64,000 nucleotides of DNA from Candidatus Woesearchaeota archaeon (GTDB lineage: Archaea > Nanobdellota > Nanobdellia > Woesearchaeales > 21-14-0-10-32-9), in NCBI GenBank assembly GCA_041660865.1, contig JBAZVO010000002.1, forward strand, positions 153,395 to 217,394, read 5' to 3'. Under the pieces are notes generated by a model. That model was not told the origin of the DNA. It saw only the letters and a list, made by a program, of their open reading frames with translations, and did no database searches. How positions within the stretch are numbered: the stretch's first letter is position 1; each line of letters starts with the position of its first letter. Positions 50,464 to 58,376 of the stretch are shown here, piece by piece. Made by a program: the position numbers and the translations under genes.

Positions 50464-51453
50464 TTACCTCTTTTCTTCGCCACAGTCTATTTTTGAAATA
50501 TTAAGCTGCGTTAAAGTTTCTTCTATGTCAAAAAACATACTTATAAGTTCATTGATTTCTATTTGGTACTCTTTTTCTAATTTTTTAGTTTTTTTAATTA
50601 ATTCTTGTCTTTTATTATCAAACTCTGAAAGCTTAACTAAATTAAATTTGACAAATAATACTGCTTCTTCCCTATATAAATTTCTTATGTCTAAAATAAT
50701 TTCTTGAATGTGCTTACTTGTTTCTTTTTGTTCTCCTATCTTTTTTAATAAAGAACATAATCTATCTGAAAATATTTCAAGAAATTTTATGTGCTCTGAA
50801 ATTATTCCCTGCGCGCTTGAGGGAACATATCCATAAAGATTAATATTTCTAAAAGCCATACTAACATAAGTATTTATTAAATAATCTCTTTTTTTTATAT
50901 TAGATAAAACTTCCCAATTTTTAGTTTTAATTGAATTTAACGAATCATCAATTATTGATATTGTAAGATTACGTATTCTGCTCATTAATTGTTGAAGATC
51001 AAAATCTTCTTGAATCGCGATATTTTTTAATTTTATAATATCTTTTTTTTCATCATAAATTATAAGGCCTGGAAATAATTGAACAATTTTTACAAAATTA
51101 TCTCTTTGAGTTTGATTTTTTGTTTCAATACTAATTTCATTATATCCTGTCATGTAAATTGCATCAATTATCATCCAAACTAATTTATCATTTACATCTT
51201 TAATGCTAAAGAATATTTGTTTTTTAGATTCGTTAATTCCTTTTGATATTACTATGAGATTGTCTTTTTCTTCAAGAAATAAGTCATCGCCTTTTTTTAC
51301 ATTATTTTTCTTAAGCCAACTCGTCGGTAAAGACACAACACTAGTGCTTGTTGATAATCTTATTACCTTTCGATTCATTACTTTCTGACCCAATACTTTA
51401 TGACTCATTACATTCTGATTCGATACTTTTTGAGGCATTACTTTTCCATTCAT
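50464..51453 (-). CDS. AbrB/SpoVT-domain plus PhoU-like-domain regulator
   Basis: VIRLSTSTSVVSLPTSWLKKNNVKKGDDLFL is AbrB-like and is followed by a helical PhoU-like region. The N-terminus is built from 30-nt repeats giving in-frame ATGs at 51453, 51438, 51408 and 51378, so the start is ambiguous. Confidence 0.5.
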   Translation of the reverse strand: MNGKVMPQKVSNQNVMSHKVLGQKVMNRKVIRLSTSTSVVSLPTSWLKKNNVKKGDDLFLEEKDNLIVISKGINESKKQIFFSIKDVNDKLVWMIIDAIYMTGYNEISIETKNQTQRDNFVKIVQLFPGLIIYDEKKDIIKLKNIAIQEDFDLQQLMSRIRNLTISIIDDSLNSIKTKNWEVLSNIKKRDYLINTYVSMAFRNINLYGYVPSSAQGIISEHIKFLEIFSDRLCSLLKKIGEQKETSKHIQEIILDIRNLYREEAVLFVKFNLVKLSEFDNKRQELIKKTKKLEKEYQIEINELISMFFDIEETLTQLNISKIDCGEEKR

Positions 51454-51526
51454 AAAATATAACTAGTTAAGCTAGTATATATACCTTATGCTAAAAGTAT
51501 AACTATTCGCCTTCATTTATCTAATT

Positions 51527-52447
51527 ATGATAAATCAAATTAAACAAACAACAAATAACCTAGAACAACCAATAAATAGTCTAGAACAAATAACAACTAA
51601 CATAGAACTAACAACAAATAACATAGATCCAACAACAACCAAATCGAAACAAAAAGAATATGTTGGAGTTACGGGGTTTAAAACAAAAGAAGAAATTGAA
51701 ATAGCATCTAATGCATTTAAAATCGCAGGCATAAATAAAAACAGCAAGATTACTGGAATGTATGGATTTCTAATCACGGATGATCAAATATTTGATTTTA
51801 AAGAAAAAGGAGTATTATCTCCATCGTTAAATGCACTTCCAAATCTTATTAAAACTGTTCCTAAAGGCATGATGCCCACAATTCATTATTGTAGTCGTAC
51901 AAGAGATTTAAATTTAGATAAATTAATGCATCTTTTATATCATGTTAATACATTTAGCGACTGTAACTTTTTGCAATTAAATCTTGATTGGCCGAACCCA
52001 AAAAAAATAGAGACACTAAAAAAAATAATGCCTAACATGTATATAATTTTACAACTCGATCCAGAACAACAATCAATAAATGATGCTATAAAAAAAATCA
52101 TAATAAACTATGAAGGACTTGCAGATAAAATTTTAATTGACTCGTCGCACGGAGCAGGAATACCTTATGATTCCAAAACAACATCTAAAATGATGATGAA
52201 AATTGATGCTGATACATCTATGTTTTCGTACACGATATGTGGTGGTTTAACTGAAAACAATGTTTACAAAAGAATCATTGAACTAAAACAAATTATCAAA
52301 CAAGAATATCCATACATGCGATCGAAAATTCCTTTTTCCGTAGATGCTCAAGGGCAACTTAGAACTTTTGATAATTCGAATCTAAATTACGAGCGCGTAA
52401 CTAATTATATTTGCAACGCTGTTAAAGGCTTGAAAGATAGAATTTGA
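51527..52447 (+). CDS. Hypothetical TIM-barrel-like protein (weak resemblance to phosphoribosylanthranilate isomerase)
   Basis: YVGVTGF, LIDSSHGAGIPYD and CGGLTENNV loosely recall TrpF motifs. The Thr/Asn-rich N-terminus is encoded by degenerate DNA repeats. Confidence 0.3.
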   Translation: MINQIKQTTNNLEQPINSLEQITTNIELTTNNIDPTTTKSKQKEYVGVTGFKTKEEIEIASNAFKIAGINKNSKITGMYGFLITDDQIFDFKEKGVLSPSLNALPNLIKTVPKGMMPTIHYCSRTRDLNLDKLMHLLYHVNTFSDCNFLQLNLDWPNPKKIETLKKIMPNMYIILQLDPEQQSINDAIKKIIINYEGLADKILIDSSHGAGIPYDSKTTSKMMMKIDADTSMFSYTICGGLTENNVYKRIIELKQIIKQEYPYMRSKIPFSVDAQGQLRTFDNSNLNYERVTNYICNAVKGLKDRI

Positions 52448-52452
52448 AATAT

Positions 52453-52546
52453 CAAAAAAAGAAAACAAAAAAAGAAAACAAAAAAAGAAAACAAAAAAAG
52501 AAAACAAAAAAAGAAAACAAAAAAAGAAAACAAAAAAAGAAAACAA
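52453..52546. repeat. Tandem repeat, about 7 x 13 nt (CAAAAAAAGAAAA)
   Basis: Read directly from the sequence. It lies in the convergent intergenic region between 52447 and 52576. Confidence 0.95.
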
Positions 52547-52575
52547 TCAAAAAAAATTAAATAAATTTAAATTAA

Positions 52576-53043
52576 TTATTTTTTCTTTTTAACATCAACT
52601 TTTTCTTTAGATGCAACTTTTGCTTGTGTCGCTGCTGCACCTTCAGCTTTTATTGATGGCAAAGGTATTGGTGAAGGTAAACCTAATTCTTTTGAAAGAA
52701 TTATAACTTCTAAAGCACATCTATTCATAACACTATTAAGTATTGTTCTTGCTGATTCCGGATCTAATTTCTTTTCTTTACTCCATTGAGTTGTTACTTT
52801 TGTAACCTCTTCATTAGAGCCTAAAACGAGAATTTCTCCTTTTAATTCTATTGTTGCGAAATTTGGATTGTAATCTGTTTTGAAACTAAAGCCAACTTTG
52901 AATGCTTGCTTTGTTGGACTTGCTCCCATTTTTGCTTCATCTACTGATTCTATTTTTACATTATTAGCAATAGAAAGTCCCCCTCTTGGTATCGCTGTTC
53001 TATTCGCATTTATGTTTGTAAAACTTATATTGATTATATTCAT
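52576..53043 (-). CDS. Hypothetical protein (155 aa), possible SecB-like fold
   Basis: The size and the pattern of beta strands followed by a long helix (IINISFTNINA / NVKIESV / FKVGFSFKTDY / ATIELKGEILVLG / ARTILNSVMNRCALEVIILSKELGLPSPIPLP) resemble SecB. This is pattern-level only. Confidence 0.3.
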   Translation of the reverse strand: MNIINISFTNINANRTAIPRGGLSIANNVKIESVDEAKMGASPTKQAFKVGFSFKTDYNPNFATIELKGEILVLGSNEEVTKVTTQWSKEKKLDPESARTILNSVMNRCALEVIILSKELGLPSPIPLPSIKAEGAAATQAKVASKEKVDVKKKK

Positions 53044-53156
53044 ATTATCACCTACTACTCCGGAGGAGATTATGTTTTATAAATCTTTTTGTAAAATGCA
53101 TAAATTAGTTCAATCTAATAATTAAATTTAAAAAATAAATTAAAAAATGATAAGAA

Positions 53157-54587
53157 TTATTTTAAACCATAGCCTATAGTAATTACTGGTTTGAAACCAA
53201 GAGCGTTTAATTTATCATCATTTAAAAATTCAGAGGATTGTTTTTCTATAGCTTCAACATAAGATGCGCCAAATGCAGTTTTTCTTCCGCGAGCTCTTTC
53301 GTTTCTTGAAAACTGATAAACGATGATTCCATCTTCATTGCTTGTTTTTTTCAAAACTAAATCCGTATTATCAACAATTATATGATTTACAAGATCAGTT
53401 AAATACGCGCTATCCTTATTGCTCTTTGTCATTAATCGAGGAATATACGCATCAACAACTAAACCTTCTTCTCTTCTAACATCAATAAATATTTCTAATT
53501 TTTGATTTTCTTCTTTTCTTTTATCGACGGCCTTCACAACATCTAAATATGAAACGAATTCTTCTTCGTATTGACTTATTTTGCTTAATATGTCTTTACT
53601 TTTTTTATATGTACTTATAGCTTGATTGGCCATCTTTTCAAAAACAACAAGTTCTTGTTCTTTTTTGAAAATAGCTTCTTCAGTTTGAACAATAAGAGCC
53701 TCCACACCAGAATTTTGTAGCACTGATTTTGCACTATTCAAAGAGTCTAATTGCGCTAATGCTTCAGCATATTTTTTAACAGGACCTAAATCTTCTTCTT
53801 TTGAAACAAGAGTTGTTTTTTTCCAATTATCAAAATCAGATTCATTAACCATATTATGATGAAAATAAAGTGATTTGAGAAAACTCATAAAATTTGGCGA
53901 ACGAACTGTAGAAGTTTCAGCTTTCAAAAGACTTAACATATCATTTGAAATAAATTCCAAATCATCGCCTAAATTATCATAACGTCCAACGCTTGCTTTT
54001 ACTTCACTTATTATAAATTCAGATCTAGATTTTGGAACACGTAATAGTTTATTTTCTAAGAAGATAGATTTATTTCGAAACAGTTCAGATTCTACATCCA
54101 TTAACTCCATTGATACAATATTCATACCTATTTCTTTTTCATACTCTTTTAATTTATCATTTAACGTTTGAATAATTCCGACATATTCACAAGATTTACA
54201 ATTAGGTTCAATGTTCTGGGCGCTTTCTTTTACTGCATTATCTAGATAGCTTTGAAATATAGGCGTCATTTCTAAATTTAATCCTTCTTTTATTCTGTTA
54301 TTTATTCTACCGCTTTTTAATGCCTCAGTCATTATTGAAGATGGATCCAAAAAACCAACTTTATTATCAAAATACAAATCTAATTGAATTTCAAATTTGT
54401 TTGAATTTGTGTCTAAAATAGTAGTTCTAAATGTAGGCGTGAGACTTAAAAGATATTTAGTTTTTAGAACATTATCAAGAGCCGTTTTAACAGTGTGTCC
54501 TACGCCCTTTTCACCTTTAACGCCCGCTCCAAAAGTTCCTTGAACTAATACACTTAAGTAAGGTTGATTATTATTTCCGTTTGCCAT
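53157..54587 (-). CDS. Hypothetical protein (476 aa)
   Basis: Long ATG-started ORF with a coiled-coil-like central region. No recognisable catalytic motifs. It lies directly upstream of the 155-aa gene. Confidence 0.55.
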   Translation of the reverse strand: MANGNNNQPYLSVLVQGTFGAGVKGEKGVGHTVKTALDNVLKTKYLLSLTPTFRTTILDTNSNKFEIQLDLYFDNKVGFLDPSSIMTEALKSGRINNRIKEGLNLEMTPIFQSYLDNAVKESAQNIEPNCKSCEYVGIIQTLNDKLKEYEKEIGMNIVSMELMDVESELFRNKSIFLENKLLRVPKSRSEFIISEVKASVGRYDNLGDDLEFISNDMLSLLKAETSTVRSPNFMSFLKSLYFHHNMVNESDFDNWKKTTLVSKEEDLGPVKKYAEALAQLDSLNSAKSVLQNSGVEALIVQTEEAIFKKEQELVVFEKMANQAISTYKKSKDILSKISQYEEEFVSYLDVVKAVDKRKEENQKLEIFIDVRREEGLVVDAYIPRLMTKSNKDSAYLTDLVNHIIVDNTDLVLKKTSNEDGIIVYQFSRNERARGRKTAFGASYVEAIEKQSSEFLNDDKLNALGFKPVITIGYGLK

Positions 54588-54749
54588 AACTTCAGAAGAA
54601 TAAACTCATTTATAAAGTTTTTGTTACTTACTAGTAAATACCTTGTTTGTTTATTCTTCGTAATTTAAAATTTAAAATTATCAAATAAAACAAACAATTA
54701 ACAAATCGTTAACAAAAAAACATTTAAGTAACATTATATCGCAAATTAC

Positions 54750-55316
54750 ATGTCAAATATAATTATTATTCATGGATCTTTTGGAAATCCAAAAGAAAAT
54801 TGGTTTCCATATATGAAAAAAGAACTTGAATTAAAAGGACACAGAGTTTTTATTCCAAAATTTCCAACACCAAAACAATCATTAACTTCATGGATGAAAA
54901 TTTTTGAAAAATATCAAAAATACTTGAATGAAAATACAATAATTATAGGACATAGTTTAGGCCCCTCGTTTTTACTTAGTGTTCTTGAAAAATCAAATAT
55001 TAAAATTAAAGCCGCATATTTTGTTTCAGGTTTTATTGGTGACCTTGGTAACAACGAATTTGATAAAATTAATAAAACATTCACGACCAAAAAATTTAAT
55101 TGGTCTTTGATAAAAAATAATTGTAAATATTTTTGCGTAATAAATTCAAATGATGATCCTTATGTTCCGTTAAAAAAAGGAAAAGAACTTTCAAAAAAAA
55201 TAAATGCTGAATTTATAATTTTAAAAAATGCAGGACATATTAACACGTCTTCAAATTATAAAACATTTCCCTTTCTTCTTAATAAAGTATTAAAAAAAAT
55301 AGAACATGACTCTTAA
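54750..55316 (+). CDS. Alpha/beta serine hydrolase (YdeN/RBBP9-like)
   Basis: IIIIHGSFGNPKENWF, the nucleophile elbow IIGHSLG, and later NSNDDPYVP and NAGHIN give a Ser-Asp-His order in a 188-aa protein. Confidence 0.6.
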   Translation: MSNIIIIHGSFGNPKENWFPYMKKELELKGHRVFIPKFPTPKQSLTSWMKIFEKYQKYLNENTIIIGHSLGPSFLLSVLEKSNIKIKAAYFVSGFIGDLGNNEFDKINKTFTTKKFNWSLIKNNCKYFCVINSNDDPYVPLKKGKELSKKINAEFIILKNAGHINTSSNYKTFPFLLNKVLKKIEHDS

Positions 55317-57062
55317 TTAATCTAGAATTTCAAAATCTAAACAAATTCTAAACACTCTTGGAGCGTGTTGACCGCATTTTACAAGTGCAATTTTTTTCCA
55401 TGTTTTGCCTACTCTTTTACATGCTTCATCAACTAATTTTTCGGCTTCTATAAAATTATCGACGTGTAAAAAGTAATAAAAATGAATAATGGTTCCTTTT
55501 TTAGATGCAATAATTGCACTATCAAGAAAATCTCCTGCGCTTTTTGGCAAAGGCATCAATATTCTATCGAATTTTTTTTGCAAAGAAATTATTTTTCTAT
55601 AACTATTTATCATTTCTTCTGCTTTAGATTCATTTGAATTTATAACTTCTATAATTCCTAAATTAACTAAAGGTAAAATTTTGTCAAAGTCTATTTTTCC
55701 AGATCCTATTACTAGCCCTTCTTTTTGACCATCAGAATCTGAAAGATGAAAATAAGTATTAAAATTCTCTTGCATAACTTTTATATGATTAATTAATTTA
55801 TCATTATCCTTATAAAAAATATATAAATGTGAAACATCTATGCACATATTTTTTATTTGAGCAGCTTTACCTATTCTTAATATTTCATAAGTATCGCTAA
55901 AATTGAGAATTGCATTTTCAAAATAAAAATAATCGTAATATTCTTTAAGTTTTTTTATATTATTTATTAATTCATCCTCCGATATTTCAGGTAATGCAAT
56001 ACCTACATGCACTATTGCTTTAATATCATATTGCTTACATATACTTCCAAGAGAGTTTAATACTTTAAAAACTTCAGTTGTATCTTTTGACCCAAGCCAG
56101 CAGCTTTTATTTTCTGGAAATGGCATGTGAAGAAATATTTTTATTCCTTTCTTTTTTAATTCGACGATATTTTTTTCTAATTTCGATCTATTACTAAACA
56201 AATCCTCAGGAAATAAATGAAACTCCATCAAAGTTGGATTTTCTGCAAGTCTTAATGATAATTCATTCTCAATTATCGCTGATTTTAAACCAATTATGTT
56301 AGAATATAATTTTGGAACAACTAACTTAACATCTCCATTAATTAAAGTTACATTTTTTATTTTATTTAATTCTAAATTCTTAAGACCGTATCTGTGTCCT
56401 TCGGGATTTATTTCAATTCCAGTTATCGTTTTGGCTTTCGTATTTTTTGCAAGAGTGCAAGGATAAGGCGCACAACCTGAAAACATAACAAGTACATCTT
56501 CACCTGATTTTATTTCTTCTGAAATTCTTTTTCTTTCAGTTGATAATCTTGGAGAAAAATATACTTCTTCAACATTTAAAAGTAAATTAACTCCGTTTTC
56601 TTTATGAATAGTTTCTTTTGTATTTTCTCCTGCAAGCCATTTCATTTTTTGAGTTCTAAATTCTCCATCATGCTTGTCATCTTTTCTAAGAACTGTTTTT
56701 ATATGAGGATTTGATTTTAATAAAGCTTCAGCGATTATATTTTCTTTTTTTCTTAAATCGTCATCAATTTCTAAAATTGCTATAGTCCCAACAGTATCAA
56801 ATGCTGTTTTTAATAAATCAAATTCTCCATTTGATAATTGCCCAACAAGCAACGTCTTAAGATCTCTTGCTGTTCCAACTTCTTTTTTAATGAATTCTTT
56901 TTCAACTATTTCAAAACCTACAAAATTAGGCATTCTTTTTAGCGGGAAAAACATTACGTCTTCATTTTTTTCAAAAAAATAATTTTGATCTAGAATATCT
57001 TCTTCTATTATTTTCTTTTTTGCTTTTTCAGCATCTATTAAATTAACTTTAAGTCCGAACAT
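55317..57062 (-). CDS. trm5: Trm5/Taw22-type tRNA (m1G37) methyltransferase with an inserted xylose-isomerase-like TIM-barrel domain
   Basis: The Met_10-type N-part (FDTVGTIAILEI, VYFSPRLSTERKRI, VLVMFSGCAPY, TGIEINP, LINGDV) and C-part (FDRILMPLPKSAGDFLD, GTIIHFYYF) are separated by about 245 aa. That segment carries AP-endonuclease-2/sugar-isomerase TIM-barrel motifs (FLHMPF, AIVHVG, FENA, CIDVSHLY, FHLSDSDG...GSGKIDF). The ATG is at 57062 (the track's TTG is at 57122). Confidence 0.75.
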   Translation of the reverse strand: MFGLKVNLIDAEKAKKKIIEEDILDQNYFFEKNEDVMFFPLKRMPNFVGFEIVEKEFIKKEVGTARDLKTLLVGQLSNGEFDLLKTAFDTVGTIAILEIDDDLRKKENIIAEALLKSNPHIKTVLRKDDKHDGEFRTQKMKWLAGENTKETIHKENGVNLLLNVEEVYFSPRLSTERKRISEEIKSGEDVLVMFSGCAPYPCTLAKNTKAKTITGIEINPEGHRYGLKNLELNKIKNVTLINGDVKLVVPKLYSNIIGLKSAIIENELSLRLAENPTLMEFHLFPEDLFSNRSKLEKNIVELKKKGIKIFLHMPFPENKSCWLGSKDTTEVFKVLNSLGSICKQYDIKAIVHVGIALPEISEDELINNIKKLKEYYDYFYFENAILNFSDTYEILRIGKAAQIKNMCIDVSHLYIFYKDNDKLINHIKVMQENFNTYFHLSDSDGQKEGLVIGSGKIDFDKILPLVNLGIIEVINSNESKAEEMINSYRKIISLQKKFDRILMPLPKSAGDFLDSAIIASKKGTIIHFYYFLHVDNFIEAEKLVDEACKRVGKTWKKIALVKCGQHAPRVFRICLDFEILD

Positions 57063-57199
57063 ATTTCTTAAGAGCGCAGCGTTATTTATAACTTTTTTTA
57101 ATAAATTTAAAGAATAGTTCAAATAAATAACTCATAAAGAACTCATAACGAAGTTATAAAAAAATCATAAATAATTTGTAAAGAACTTATAAAATATTA

Positions 57200-58234
57200 T
57201 TAAAACCAAGAACTAAGTCCTTTTTGCTCGTTTTGTTTTTTATATTTTTCGAGTTTTTCAAGAGATGATTGTACTCTTTCCTCAGAAAAATCATGTTCAT
57301 CAACAAGAATTTTTTTTATTTTATCAAAATCTGGATCTTTGAATACTATTTCATAATCTTTTTTTAAAGGCATATCTTTTATTGTGTCAAATATTCTTTG
57401 CCAACTAACAAATCCTGTATCTTCCCATTTTGCTTCTTCAAATATTTTTGTATAATCATCTTTATATTTTTTAACAAGTGCGAGTGCTTTTTTCGGGCCT
57501 ATTCCTTTAACACCACCATAATTATAATCAGTACCTACAAGAATTGCAAGAATTATAAGTTGATCTTGAGTTAAATCCATTTCTTTTAAATTTTGCTGCA
57601 AATCAAGTAACTCAGGAACAACATTTTTGAATGCATGAGTTCCGGGAATTTTTCGTCTTCCAGTTATTGACAAATTTCTTATTGTTCTAGGTGCACCTGA
57701 AAGTAAACTATCTGCATCTTGACTCATAACTGCGAATGCGTCTCCGTTTTTTACAAGAAATGCTGCTTGCGATTCGCCTTCGCTTGGTGCAAGTATTATA
57801 GGCATACCCATAGCCTCTATTAATTCTTTTGCTTCAGCGATCATTTCTTTTGAAAGAATCGCGGTTCTTGCCGCATATTTTTTCATATTCTCTACATGTT
57901 CTTGCTCTTTTGCTTCTTCATAGAGTTTGGTTGCTTCCTCTTTTAACTGTTTTCGTCTTTCTCTTTCTTCTCTTTTTAATTCAGGCGCCAAACCATCAAA
58001 CACAAAAATAAATTTTACTCCTTTTTCCATCAAATTTGAAAATCTAGAAAAAAGACCTACAAGATGGCTTGTTATTCGTCCTTGAGAATCCGTTAACGGA
58101 CTACCATCAGGTCCTCTTATTGTTGTTATGAACATATATAAAATATTAAAGGAATCAACAGCTAGTATTTTGCCTTTTAAATCTTCTATTTTTAATTCTT
58201 CAGATTTAAGAATATTTGATATTGCAGCGCCCAT
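57200..58234 (-). CDS. fen1: Flap endonuclease 1
   Basis: MGAAISNIL start, AVDSFNILY, FVFDG, PSEGESQAA, MSQDADSLL, the H3TH motif LVGTDYN..VKGIGPKKA, and a C-terminal PIP-like SSWF. Confidence 0.93.
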   Translation of the reverse strand: MGAAISNILKSEELKIEDLKGKILAVDSFNILYMFITTIRGPDGSPLTDSQGRITSHLVGLFSRFSNLMEKGVKFIFVFDGLAPELKREERERRKQLKEEATKLYEEAKEQEHVENMKKYAARTAILSKEMIAEAKELIEAMGMPIILAPSEGESQAAFLVKNGDAFAVMSQDADSLLSGAPRTIRNLSITGRRKIPGTHAFKNVVPELLDLQQNLKEMDLTQDQLIILAILVGTDYNYGGVKGIGPKKALALVKKYKDDYTKIFEEAKWEDTGFVSWQRIFDTIKDMPLKKDYEIVFKDPDFDKIKKILVDEHDFSEERVQSSLEKLEKYKKQNEQKGLSSWF

Positions 58235-58376
58235 AATTTTAAGATAGAATGTATGCTTTAATAAGTTTATTGTTAAAAAATAATACTCTTTTACGAAATA
58301 ACTAACAAATAGATATAATTAAGAAAATAGCCTAAAAATGAGGAAAAAATAAAAAGTCCAAGAAAAATAACCCTTT

